From: Tagaea sp. | GTDB taxonomy: Bacteria > Pseudomonadota > Alphaproteobacteria > CACIAM-22H2 | DNA length: 64,000 bases | Assembly (NCBI GenBank): GCA_965279525.1 | Contig: CBDIIB010000002.1 | Span: 1-64,000 of the forward strand | Reading direction: 5' to 3' | In this document: piece after piece, positions 1-11,980 of the stretch | How positions within the stretch are numbered: position 1 is the stretch's first letter | Layout: every line of letters begins with the position of its first letter | The notes under the pieces: model-generated | What the model was told of the DNA's origin: nothing | The model's database searches: none | The model's input: only the letters and a program-made list of their open reading frames with translations | Translations under genes and position numbers: made by a program

Positions 1-416
1 GTGTCGAGTGCGTCGGGCCTTGAGGCCACGCGGATCTAAAGGAAGTTTCCGTATCCGGGGCAACCTGGTGATGGAGCAAACGCGACGGACTTGTCCGTCG
101 AAAGTGCTCCTGTGCTGTTTGACATGGTGAAGAGGAAGATATGTTGATGCGTTCGTACGAACGCCTCCGCAAACAATTCGAGGAGTTCCCAAACTCCGAA
201 GGATTGGGAGGTGCGTCGGGACGAACGAGTTAGCGTGTCTGATCGAGAATTCGAGCGCGCATTGCTCGGGTTTCCGGATTTTGCGATCCGGGGATTTCGA
301 CTCTGCGCGCGATACTGAGCGCCCCAGGCGAGTTGCCTAGACGGACCTGGGGTTGACGACGACACTGACTCTGACCGGTCTTTCGCAAGAAAGCCGGACA
401 GCGTCCGACAAGACGA
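1..416 (+). other. 3' part of 16S-23S internal transcribed spacer, with boxA-like motif (~112-131) and 23S processing stalk
   Basis: Non-coding sequence directly upstream of the 23S 5' end. TGCTGTTTGACATGGTGAA resembles alphaproteobacterial boxA. Segments are complementary to 3168-3292. Confidence 0.8.
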
Positions 417-3167
<2,751 letters not shown>

Positions 3168-3311
3168 TCCTTAGTCGTCGTCCATGTCGCGCGCAGCGTC
3201 GAGTTTCCCGATCGGAAACCGCGAGCTGAGCTCGTATTCTCGACATGACATGCGATTTGCGTCCGAAAGGCGCACGTCAACATATCTCCTCGAAGCCCGT
3301 TCCGGTTTGAC

Positions 3312-3430
3312 GGCTCGGTGGTCTTAGCGAGAGGTGACCCACCCGATCCCATTCCGAACTCGGCCGTGAAAACTCTCAGCGCTGATGGTACTGCGTCTCA
3401 AGACGCGGGAGAGTAAGTCGCCGCCGAGCC
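3312..3430 (+). rRNA. rrf: 5S ribosomal RNA
   Basis: CACCCGATCCCATTCCGAACTCGGCCGTGAAA and GATGGTACT..GGGAGAGTAAGTCG motifs. Terminal GGCTCGG/CCGAGCC stem. Confidence 0.98.
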
Positions 3431-3477
3431 TTCAAACCGGAACGAAAGCTTCGAGATAATCCTCTTCCAACCATGTC

Positions 3478-3510
3478 CGACACGCCCGCTTCGGCGGGCG
3501 TTGTCTTTTT
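3478..3510 (+). terminator. Terminator-like hairpin between 5S and tRNA-fMet
   Basis: GACACGCCCGC-TTCG-GCGGGCGTTGTC followed by TTTTT. Confidence 0.55.
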
Positions 3511-3525
3511 GGACGACCGGTTTGG

Positions 3526-3602
<77 letters not shown>

Positions 3603-3606
3603 GATC

Positions 3607-3643
3607 AAGCCCGCCGACTCCTCACCGAGTCGGCGGGCTTTTT
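3607..3643 (+). terminator. Intrinsic terminator of the rRNA operon (possibly bidirectional)
   Basis: AAGCCCGCCGACTC-loop-GAGTCGGCGGGCTTTTT, located between converging transcription units. Confidence 0.85.
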
Positions 3644-3646
3644 CGT

Positions 3647-4303
3647 TCAGGCCCGCGTCGCACTGACGACGAACGTCGGAACGTCGCCCGGATAGGGACT
3701 TTCCGCGAACAGATGCTGCCACGATCGCGCGGCCCCGAATCCGGCCTGCGCGAGCAGCCGTCGCGCGTCGTCCTCCGAAAGCCCGTCATGCAGCGGCAGC
3801 GACTCGGCAAGTCCAGGCGGATATGTCGATCTGTATTGCGGGGCAACCGACCATCGGGCGTCGGCCACGATGACGCGGCCGCCCGGACGCAGGATGCGGT
3901 GCGCTTGGGCGAGTGCCGCGGCCGGGTCGGGCAGGGTCCACAGCACGTTGCGCAAAGTCACGATGTCGGCCGAACCGGATTCGACGGGCAGGTCTTCGAT
4001 GACTGCCGTCTCGAAGGCGATGTCGAGTGCGAGGCGTGCCGCCGCTGCCCGCGCCGCCGCGAGCATGCCGGTCGATCCGTCGTATCCGCGCACGCGATGG
4101 CCGAGCGATGCGGCGACAAGCGCGCAGGCACCCGTCCCGGTGCCGAGATCGACGACGTCCCTTGGTCCGCCGGCACTGAACGCGGCCTCCAGTACGCGCC
4201 GCCAGTCCGCGAATCGGGCGACATGCGAGGCCACGCCGTCGAATGCCGGTGCACGCGCGTCCCAGTAGGCGGTGACGCGCGCGGTGGCGTCCGGTCCGGT
4301 CAT
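3647..4303 (-). CDS. Class I SAM-dependent methyltransferase
   Basis: YWDARA N-terminus, VVDLGTGTG motif I, LWTLPDP..LRPGG. ATGA overlap with the upstream ATPase. Confidence 0.9.
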   Translation of the reverse strand: MTGPDATARVTAYWDARAPAFDGVASHVARFADWRRVLEAAFSAGGPRDVVDLGTGTGACALVAASLGHRVRGYDGSTGMLAAARAAAARLALDIAFETAVIEDLPVESGSADIVTLRNVLWTLPDPAAALAQAHRILRPGGRVIVADARWSVAPQYRSTYPPGLAESLPLHDGLSEDDARRLLAQAGFGAARSWQHLFAESPYPGDVPTFVVSATRA

Positions 4304-5082
4304 GCCGGGTTCCCGTTCGCGACATCGATGCGATACTCGATATGGCGCTGCCCCGAAGCATCCGCCCGGACCCGGACGTCGACACCGAAAACCCGCCGGA
4401 TCAGTTGCGGCGTCAGAACCTGCTCCGGCGTTCCTGCGGCGACCAACCGTCCGGCATCCATCACCGCGATCTCGTCGCAGAAGAGCGATGCGAGGTTCAG
4501 ATCGTGCAGCGCCACGATGCAGGTGACGCCAAGCCGGCGGACAAGCGCCATGATCGAAAGCTGGTGGTGGATGTCGAGATGGTTGGTCGGTTCGTCGAGC
4601 ACGAGTTCGCTCGGTGCCTGCGCCAACGCACGCGCGATCTGCACGAGCTGGCGCTCGCCGCCCGACAGCGTGTGCCAGAGCTGTTCGTGCCGGTCCGACA
4701 GTCCGACCCGTTCGAGGGCGCGGGCAACGGCGTGTTCGTCGGCATCGCTCCACGACGCGAGTGCGGCGCGATGCGGCGTGCGGCCGAGCCGGACCACGTC
4801 GCACACGCTGAGCTGCACCTCGCTCGAGGCCTGCTGCTCGACGAAGGCGAGCCGGCGCGCGAGTTCGCGCCGCGGGATGCCGTCGATCTCCAGCCCGTCG
4901 AGCGTCACCACGCCGCTCGCCACGCGGCGCAGCCGGCAGAGCAGGCGCAGCAGGCTCGACTTGCCCGATCCGTTCGGCCCGACGAGGCCGAGGACGCTGC
5001 CTGGCCGCACGTCGAGCGTCACGCCGCCGACGATCGTCCGGCCTGCCGCGCTCCAGCCGACATCGCGCGCCGAAATCGTCAT
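4300..5082 (-). CDS. cbtL: ABC transporter ATP-binding protein, FepC/BtuD family (CbtL-like)
   Basis: Walker A GPNGSGKS, signature LSGGERQ, LVLDEPTNHLD, LHDLNLA. Confidence 0.85.
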   Translation of the reverse strand: MTISARDVGWSAAGRTIVGGVTLDVRPGSVLGLVGPNGSGKSSLLRLLCRLRRVASGVVTLDGLEIDGIPRRELARRLAFVEQQASSEVQLSVCDVVRLGRTPHRAALASWSDADEHAVARALERVGLSDRHEQLWHTLSGGERQLVQIARALAQAPSELVLDEPTNHLDIHHQLSIMALVRRLGVTCIVALHDLNLASLFCDEIAVMDAGRLVAAGTPEQVLTPQLIRRVFGVDVRVRADASGQRHIEYRIDVANGNPA

Positions 5083-6116
5083 GTGCGCCGCCGCGCGCGA
5101 TGCAGGATCACGGCGAAGGCCGGTGCGCCGAACAGCGCCGTCACGACGCCGATCGGCAGGATCTGCTGCGCGACAAGCGTGCGCGACAGGATGTCCGCCA
5201 GGATCATGAAGATGGCGCCGCCGGCCATGCAGGCCGGCAGCAGTCGCGCGTGGCCCGGCCCGACGAGGAAGCGCGCCGCGTGCGGGATCACGAGGCCCAC
5301 GAAGCCGACCGTGCCGATGATCGAGACCATCACCGCGGTCATCACGGCCGTCGTCGCGAGCAGGACGATCCGCACGCGCCGGACCGCCACGCCGAGCGAT
5401 TGGGCCGTGTCGGCGCCGAACGCGAACGCGTCCAGCGCCTTCGCGTGGAACAGGCACACGGCGAACCCGGCCAGTGCCACCGGTGCCGCGACGGCGACGT
5501 CCGGCCAACGCACGCCGCCAAAGCTGCCGAGCAGCCAGAACATCACGCCGCGTGCCTGTTCGGCGCTCGCCATCGTCGTGACGATCGTCGCCGTCGCGGC
5601 GTTGAAGAGCTGCGAGCCGGCGACGCCGGCAAGGATGATCCGGTCGCTCGTCCCGCCCGCACCGGCTGCCAGCAGACCGACCGTTCCCAGCGCCAGCAGC
5701 GCTCCGAGGAATGCCCCGCCCGACACGGTCAGTGCCGAGCCGCCGACGCCGAGGATCAGCACCGCGACGGCCCCGGTCGAGGCACCCGCCGAGATGCCGA
5801 GGATATAGGGCTCGGCCAGCGGGTTGCGCAGCAGTGCCTGCAGGATGGCACCCGAAAGCGCCAGCCCGCCGCCGCACAGGGCCGCCATCAGCGCCCGGCT
5901 CAGCCGGTAGTCGAAAATCACGCCCTGCTGGATCGGACCCACCTCGTAGCCGAGATCGAAGAGCCCGTTGCCGAGCGCGTGGAACGCGACTGTCAGCGGG
6001 ATGCGCATCTCGCCGATCGTCACCGCCGTGGCGACCGACAGCCCGAGGGCCGCAAGGGTCGCGACGGCGACGACGATGCGCAGCGTCCAGGCCGGCTGGT
6101 GCGCGCCGTGGCTCAA
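5079..6116 (-). CDS. cbtK: ABC transporter permease, FecCD/BtuC family (CbtK-like)
   Basis: QALLRNPLAEPYILGISAGA and GFVGLVIPH motifs. Inferred TTG start overlapping the upstream TGA. Confidence 0.85.
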   Translation of the reverse strand: MSHGAHQPAWTLRIVVAVATLAALGLSVATAVTIGEMRIPLTVAFHALGNGLFDLGYEVGPIQQGVIFDYRLSRALMAALCGGGLALSGAILQALLRNPLAEPYILGISAGASTGAVAVLILGVGGSALTVSGGAFLGALLALGTVGLLAAGAGGTSDRIILAGVAGSQLFNAATATIVTTMASAEQARGVMFWLLGSFGGVRWPDVAVAAPVALAGFAVCLFHAKALDAFAFGADTAQSLGVAVRRVRIVLLATTAVMTAVMVSIIGTVGFVGLVIPHAARFLVGPGHARLLPACMAGGAIFMILADILSRTLVAQQILPIGVVTALFGAPAFAVILHRARRRT

Positions 6117-7147
6117 CGGATGGCACCGAAGCCGGCCAGCGCCTTCGCCAGCGCCTCGATCCCGTCGACCGCGTCGAGGCCGGCGCGCGTCGTGCCCACG
6201 TCCACGATCACGACCCGGCCCTTCCTGACCGCGTCGAGCTGGCTCGCGACCGGATCGTTCTTGAGGAAGTCGAGCTTCGCTTCGACGTCGTCCGCGGGGA
6301 AGCGCCGGCGCTCCATCCGGACGATGGCGAGGACCGCGGGATTGGCGGCCGCGATACCTTCCCAGCCGACCAGCGGCCACTCCTCGTCCGACGTGATGAC
6401 GTTGCGCACGCCGAGCTTCGAGAACGTGTAGGCCGGAATGCCCGTCCGGCCGGCCATGAAGGCCTCGCCCTTGATCGTGCGGCTCGAGAACCACAGCGCC
6501 ACGGGCACATTCGCCGCATTCGTGCCGGCGACCGACGCGATCGCCTTCGCCTCGCGCGCCTTGAGTTCGGCCACGAGCTTTTCCGCCCGGTCGGCAACGT
6601 CGAAGATCCGCCCGTATTCGAGGACGGTGCGGTGGACGAGCTCCATCGTGAACGGCTCGGTGCGCACGCCGTCGCCGGCGCCGGAATTGTCCTTGCCCAC
6701 GCAGTCGGCCGGCGTCACGTAGACAGGAATGCCGAGCTTCGCGAACTGGTCGCGCTTGCCGACCGCCCCGTTGGGCCCGATGTGCCATTCGAACATCGCG
6801 GTGACGAGGTCCGGCTCCTGGCCGACGACGGCCTCGAAGCTCGGGTCGTTGTCGGCCAGCCGCTTCGTCCGGGCGTTGATCGCTTCGTATTGCTTTGCGA
6901 CGGGCCCGAACCAGACGGCGGTGCCCACGACACGCTCGCCGAGGCCGAGCGCGTAGAGAATCTCGGTCTGGGTCTGTCCGACCGAGACGACCCGCTTGGG
7001 CGGGGCCTTGAACGTGACGTCCGTCCGGCAGTTTTCGAGCGTGAGCGGATAGCGGGTCGGTTCGGCCGAAGCCGGAACCGAAAACCAGACGAGTGCCGCA
7101 ACCAGACAGGCGGCGATGCGTGTGTTTGGGGTGTTTTCCTGCGTCAT
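6113..7147 (-). CDS. cbtJ: ABC transporter substrate-binding protein, CbtJ-like cobalt/corrinoid binding
   Basis: Signal peptide, YPLTLENC..PKRVVS, DNDPSFE, PADCVGKDN. Lies downstream of a B12 riboswitch, as cbtJKL does in Sinorhizobium. Confidence 0.8.
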   Translation of the reverse strand: MTQENTPNTRIAACLVAALVWFSVPASAEPTRYPLTLENCRTDVTFKAPPKRVVSVGQTQTEILYALGLGERVVGTAVWFGPVAKQYEAINARTKRLADNDPSFEAVVGQEPDLVTAMFEWHIGPNGAVGKRDQFAKLGIPVYVTPADCVGKDNSGAGDGVRTEPFTMELVHRTVLEYGRIFDVADRAEKLVAELKAREAKAIASVAGTNAANVPVALWFSSRTIKGEAFMAGRTGIPAYTFSKLGVRNVITSDEEWPLVGWEGIAAANPAVLAIVRMERRRFPADDVEAKLDFLKNDPVASQLDAVRKGRVVIVDVGTTRAGLDAVDGIEALAKALAGFGAIR

Positions 7148-7265
7148 TTCGATCTCCCGTGATCAGGGGGAGAAGCTCGTGACGCGCAGGTCCCAGGATG
7201 CAGCGATGCTGCTCCGGAGGCACACGCCCCACGGAGCTCCCCGCCCGCAAGACAGTTCAATCGAT

Positions 7266-7450
7266 CAGGCAGGTCTCCTGGCTCGCGGGTCGACGCTGGC
7301 TCCGCCCGGCCTTCCCGGCGCGACAGGCGCCAGTGGACTTTGGACGGAGAGCTCGCCGCTTACAGTTGCGGGGACAGCCTCGGTATTGGCCAAGCGGGCC
7401 GCACCGAGTTCCCTCTTAGCTCCGGGCGTTGAAACCCGGAGAACCATGAT
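7266..7450 (-). ncRNA. Cobalamin riboswitch
   Basis: Minus strand reads AAGAGGGAA..GGTG..GCTGTCCCCGCAACTGTAA..CCACTG..GGGAAG..GAGCCAGGAGACCTGCC (B12 box). Confidence 0.95.
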
Positions 7451-7532
7451 CGAGCCGCAACAATAGGTGGGCCCGGTTCGTTGTCAAGTTGTGGAATCGG
7501 ATCGTATGGCGACAGCGCGGAGGACCCTCGAG

Positions 7533-7955
7533 TCAGGCAGCGCGGCCCTTCGCTCCAACACCGACGCGCCGGTAATCGTCGGCGAGCCGCTCGATGTCGG
7601 CCTCGTCGAGCAGCGTGCCGAACTGGATCTCGACCAGCGTCAGCGGCACGTCGCCGACATTCTCCAGCCGGTGGGCGAGGCGCACGGGGATGTCGATGGC
7701 ATCGCCCGCACTCACGCGCCGCGTGCGCGTGCCGAGCGTGACCTTGCCGGTCCCTGCGACGACGAACCAGTGTTCCGCGCGCCCGAAATGGCGCTGCAGC
7801 GACAGCCGCTGGCCCGGCGCAACGACGATGCGCTTGACCGTGAAGCCGTCGCCCACGTCGACGACGCGCCATTCGCCCCACGGCCGCATGCCGCTCTGGC
7901 CCTTGCGGTAGGTGTTGGTCTTCTTGGTCTTCTTGGGCTTCGTCTTGGCGGCCAT
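7533..7955 (-). CDS. Stand-alone cupin, mannose-6-phosphate isomerase type II C-terminal domain
   Basis: RPWG, VKRIVVAPGQRLSLQRH..RAEHW, HRLEN, IERLADDY motifs. Confidence 0.88.
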   Translation of the reverse strand: MAAKTKPKKTKKTNTYRKGQSGMRPWGEWRVVDVGDGFTVKRIVVAPGQRLSLQRHFGRAEHWFVVAGTGKVTLGTRTRRVSAGDAIDIPVRLAHRLENVGDVPLTLVEIQFGTLLDEADIERLADDYRRVGVGAKGRAA

Positions 7956-7964
7956 CGGGATCTC

Positions 7965-10745
7965 CTAGTCGGCGGCACCGGCAAGCCGGGCGGCCAGCGC
8001 CCGGATCTCGCGCGGCTGGAAGGGCTTGTCGACAAGCGGGGCGCCGGTCGCGGCAAGGTCGCCCGAAAGCCCGCTGCCCAGCGTGTCGCCGGTCACGAAG
8101 GCCACGCGCGCGGCCAGCTGCGGGTGCCGGCGCACGATCTCGCGATAGAGGGCCGGGCCATCCATGCCCGGCATGCGCAGGTCGCTGAAGATCGCGTCGT
8201 AGCTGGCGGTCCCGAGCAGCGCCAGCGCTTCGGCCCCGTCATGCGCCACGTCCACGACGGCCCCTTCGGTCTCGAGGATCTCGGCAAGCGTGGCGGCGAT
8301 GCCCGGCTCGTCGTCGACCACGAGGATGCGCCGCGCCTGCATGCGGGCAGGGGCGGGCATTTCGGCTTCTTCGATGGCGCGCGCGAGGCCCGCTCCGCCG
8401 GCCGGCAGATCGACCGCGAACAGCGCGCCGCCTTCCGGCGCCACGGCGACGGCGATGGTCCCCTCGTGGCCCTCGACGATGCCGCGGCAGACCGACAGAC
8501 CCACGCCGGTGCCAAGGCCGATGGGCTTGGTCGTGAAGAACGGTTCGAAGATTCGCGTGCGCAGCTCTTCGGGCACGCCGGCACCGTTGTCGGCGATCTC
8601 GATGCGTACCGTGCGCCGGTCGGCCGACGCCTGTGCCGATACCCGCAGCAGGCGGGGGGCGGGCTGGTCGGAAAGCGCCTGCTGGGCGTTGACCAGCAGG
8701 TTCGACAGCACCTGGCTCAGCTGGTCGACATCGCCCATCACGGCGGGAAGGTCGCCCGCGATGTCGCGCACCACCTCGATGCCGGCCGAACGCAGCAGGT
8801 AGCCGAGCAGTTCGAGCGTGCCGTCGATCGCGGCACCGATGGCAAGTGGCGCCCGCTCGGGCGCCTTGCGCCGCGCCATGGCCAGGAACGTGCGCACGAT
8901 GCGCGCACACCTGTCGGCGGCCGCGGCGATGCGCTGCGCGCGCTCGACCGTGCGCGTGTCGGCCGCAGTGGCCTCGAGCAGCGAAGCCTGGCCCACGACG
9001 ATCGCCAGCGGGTTGTTGAGCTCGTGCGACACGCCCGCGAGCAGCGAGCCCAAGGCCGCCATCTTCTCCGACTGGTGCAGCGCTTCGCGCTGGCGGGTCA
9101 TCTCGCCTTCGATGCGCTTCTGGTCGGTGAGGTCGACGAGGGCCCCCACCGTGCACGCCACGCCGTCATAGACGATGCGGCGAGCGGAAACCGCGCACGG
9201 GAACGTCGATCCGTCGTGCCGGTGCAGCCGGTATTCGACATTGTCGATGCGCCCCGACGGCGACATGCGGCGCAGGATGTCGCGCCGGTCGTCCGCTTCG
9301 AGCCACAGCTCGACCGCGCGCGTGCCCACGAGGCTGCCGGGCGGGACGCGCAGCAGGTCGCGGGTCGGCGGGCTTGCATAGCGGATCATGCCGCTTTCGA
9401 TCTCGACCACGACGACCGGGACCGGGTGGGATTCGGCGACGACGCGGAAGCGCTCCTCGCTGTCGCGCAAGGCGGCTTCGCCCAGCCCCCGTTCGATCGC
9501 GAGCCCGACGAACGACGCGACCGCGCCCAGCGTGTCGATCTCGGTCGGCTTCCAGTGGCGTTCGCCATCGCACTGGTCGAACCCGACGGTGCCCCACCAT
9601 GTCTCGCCCGCCATGACCGGGATGCGCAGGACCGAGCGCAGGCCGAGGCCGGCAAGCAGGCCGCGTTTCTCGGCGTCGAGCCGGTCGACGTCGCACACGA
9701 TCATCTCGCCGCGCATCAGGCGTTCGCGCCAGTCGGCGAAGGCATCGGTCGCGAAGGGGCGGGCCGCCGCCGGCACGCTGCCGGCGAGCGTGCGCACGCC
9801 CGGTGCCGTCCACTCGAACATGTCGTCCTGCACGAAGCGCCCGTCGCCCAGCGTGTTGCGGCCGAGCTTGACGCGGCTCACCCCCATCACGGGGCCAAGC
9901 TCGGCCAGCAGCCCCTCGACGGCCGGCTGCCAGCCGCCCCGGCGCAGCAGCCGGGCAGCGGCGGCGTTGAGGGCGGCAAGGGCCGCCTCGCGCCGCTTGA
10001 GGTCGGTGATGCCGACCCGGATCATGACCGTGCCGCCGTCCGACATCTTGCGGTCGATGATGCGCACCCAGCTTCCGTCGGCGCGCTGCACGTCGGCCGC
10101 CTCGCGCGGCCGGCGGATGCGGTCGAGCCGGTCGGCGACATGGGCTTCGACTTCGCCGGGCGCCACGCGGCTGACGCCGGCCTTGACCAGGGCGCGGACC
10201 AGCGTCTCGAAATGCACGCCTTCGCGCAGCGTCCCGCCGATGGGCGCGTAGAGCTCGGCATAGCGCGCGTTCCACAGGACGAGGCGTTCGTCGCCGTCGA
10301 GCAGGGCGAAACCCTCGCCGAACGCTTCCATCGCCTCGGACAGCCGATGCGCCTCGCGCGCAGCCCGACGGGCAGCACTGGCCCGGTCCGTCACGTCGAT
10401 GAGGAGCACGACGAAACCGCCGCCCGGAATCGGGCTGCGCTTGAATTCGATGAACCTGCCGTTGCTGGTCTGGCGCGAGTAGTTCTCCGGCTCCTCGAGC
10501 TTGGCCGGGTCGGTTATCGCGCGGACGGCGTCGGGCCCGTGCGGGCCGAACTCGCCCCGGTCGGCCTGATAGGCAAGAATATCCATGAACCGCGTGCCGG
10601 TCGTCGCGAGCGTCGCCGGCAGGTTGAGGAACTCGAACGAGCGGTCGTTCCACGCGACCAACCGGTGCGCGGCGTCGTACACCATGATCCCGTCCGACAA
10701 CGCGGCGAAGGCCGCCGCCATTGCGTTGGAATTGTCCGCAGCCAT
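7965..10745 (-). CDS. Hybrid sensor histidine kinase (PAS-PAS-GAF-PAS-HisKA-HATPase-REC)
   Basis: H-box GVSHELNNPL, N-box NLLVNA, DNGAG, FEPFFTTK, GTGVGL, and receiver ILVVDDE..SDLRMPGMDG..KP. Confidence 0.93.
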   Translation of the reverse strand: MAADNSNAMAAAFAALSDGIMVYDAAHRLVAWNDRSFEFLNLPATLATTGTRFMDILAYQADRGEFGPHGPDAVRAITDPAKLEEPENYSRQTSNGRFIEFKRSPIPGGGFVVLLIDVTDRASAARRAAREAHRLSEAMEAFGEGFALLDGDERLVLWNARYAELYAPIGGTLREGVHFETLVRALVKAGVSRVAPGEVEAHVADRLDRIRRPREAADVQRADGSWVRIIDRKMSDGGTVMIRVGITDLKRREAALAALNAAAARLLRRGGWQPAVEGLLAELGPVMGVSRVKLGRNTLGDGRFVQDDMFEWTAPGVRTLAGSVPAAARPFATDAFADWRERLMRGEMIVCDVDRLDAEKRGLLAGLGLRSVLRIPVMAGETWWGTVGFDQCDGERHWKPTEIDTLGAVASFVGLAIERGLGEAALRDSEERFRVVAESHPVPVVVVEIESGMIRYASPPTRDLLRVPPGSLVGTRAVELWLEADDRRDILRRMSPSGRIDNVEYRLHRHDGSTFPCAVSARRIVYDGVACTVGALVDLTDQKRIEGEMTRQREALHQSEKMAALGSLLAGVSHELNNPLAIVVGQASLLEATAADTRTVERAQRIAAAADRCARIVRTFLAMARRKAPERAPLAIGAAIDGTLELLGYLLRSAGIEVVRDIAGDLPAVMGDVDQLSQVLSNLLVNAQQALSDQPAPRLLRVSAQASADRRTVRIEIADNGAGVPEELRTRIFEPFFTTKPIGLGTGVGLSVCRGIVEGHEGTIAVAVAPEGGALFAVDLPAGGAGLARAIEEAEMPAPARMQARRILVVDDEPGIAATLAEILETEGAVVDVAHDGAEALALLGTASYDAIFSDLRMPGMDGPALYREIVRRHPQLAARVAFVTGDTLGSGLSGDLAATGAPLVDKPFQPREIRALAARLAGAAD

Positions 10746-10862
10746 CCTTGGACCGTCCCCCTGATATCCCTCATTGGCATAACATATGCCAAAGAGGAAG
10801 GGGCCTTGCCGACCCGCGGCGGCACGCTATTGTCGGTAAACCTCAGCCAGGGGAAACCCACG

Positions 10863-11249
10863 ATGCAGAAGACCGACGAGGAGTGGCGCCGGATCCTGAC
10901 GCCCGCCCAGTACGACGTGCTGCGCAAGCACGGCACCGAGCGCGCGGGGACGAGTCCGCTCGACAAGGAATATCGCAAGGGGCGCTTCGTGTGCGCGGGT
11001 TGCGCCACGCCGCTGTTCGCGTCGGACACCAAGTTCGACAGCCGGACGGGCTGGCCCAGCTTCTTCGCACCCCTGCCCGGGGCGGTCGCCACGACGACCG
11101 ACCGGAAGTTCTTCATGACGCGCACGGAAGTGCATTGCGCCACGTGCGAGGGCCATCTGGGCCACGTCTTCGACGACGGGCCGCAGCCGACTGGCCTGCG
11201 CTATTGCATAAACGGGGTTTCGATGACGTTCGAGCCCGCGGCCGACTGA
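10863..11249 (+). CDS. msrB: Peptide-methionine (R)-S-oxide reductase
   Basis: TPAQYDVLRKHGTE, CAGC, GWPSF, RTEVHC..GHLGHVF.DGP.PTGLRYCIN. Confidence 0.97.
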   Translation: MQKTDEEWRRILTPAQYDVLRKHGTERAGTSPLDKEYRKGRFVCAGCATPLFASDTKFDSRTGWPSFFAPLPGAVATTTDRKFFMTRTEVHCATCEGHLGHVFDDGPQPTGLRYCINGVSMTFEPAAD

Positions 11250-11980
11250 GCGTCGATGCCGGCTTCGCCGGCGACCTCGCGCACGAGCTTGGAAAGCACG
11301 GCGTTGGTGAAGGCGCCGAACCCTTCGGCGACCACGAGGAAGGCGCCCGGCCCGCCGATCACCTCGTCGCGGTAATGATCGGCAAGGTCGCCTTCGGGCA
11401 GCTGGCCGAAATTCGGGTTGCCGTTGGTGATCGGCAGCCCGTTGATCGTGATGCCCTTGGCGACCGCGTCGTCGCGCGCCGCCCAGGCGGGCCGCCCCTG
11501 GTTGTTGCGCCCGTCGCCCGACACGTCGATGACGAGCCGCGTGCCCTCGAAGCCGTTGTCGTCGAACATGCGCACCGAGAAATCGATGGCGCCGCTGATC
11601 GACGTGCGGCTCGCACCCGTCGGCGGCGACGCGGCGATGCGCGCGACGAACGCCTCGGCGCTGGCCCGGTCGCGGATCAGCGTCCAGCCGACGATGATGC
11701 GGTTGTGGAAATTTCCCGCCCATTCCATGTAGGCGACCGCGATCGCGCGGTTGGGGCCGCCGGCGATCGCCTGCAGCACGCGCGGATGGACGAGCGCTTC
11801 GAAATAGCCCTGCCGCTGGAGCTGGGCTTCGTCGGCATCGACGCTGTAGGAGACGTCGACCGCGAGGACCAGTTCGAGATCGACCGGCACCGCGCGGGCC
11901 GGCGCCGCCAAAAGCAGGACGAGAAGGGCGACACCGAAGCACGTCCGCAGGACGTCCATCGCGTGTCGCCGGGCCGTCAT
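11201..11980 (-). CDS. DUF1194 family (VWA-like) exported protein
   Basis: Signal peptide, VDLELVLAVDVSYSVD, TSISGAI, VIDVSGDGRNN, VIGGPGAF. Confidence 0.88.
   Translation of the reverse strand: MTARRHAMDVLRTCFGVALLVLLLAAPARAVPVDLELVLAVDVSYSVDADEAQLQRQGYFEALVHPRVLQAIAGGPNRAIAVAYMEWAGNFHNRIIVGWTLIRDRASAEAFVARIAASPPTGASRTSISGAIDFSVRMFDDNGFEGTRLVIDVSGDGRNNQGRPAWAARDDAVAKGITINGLPITNGNPNFGQLPEGDLADHYRDEVIGGPGAFLVVAEGFGAFTNAVLSKLVREVAGEAGIDAQSAAGSNVIETPFMQ

Noticed and set aside
7467-11249. 1260-aa plus-strand ORF ending in MsrB (apparent fusion)
   Set aside because: The upstream part is the antisense shadow of the kinase gene. The real msrB starts at 10863.
11201-11249. 49-bp convergent overlap between msrB and the DUF1194 gene
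   Set aside because: Short tail overlaps are common in GC-rich genomes, and there is no evidence of function.
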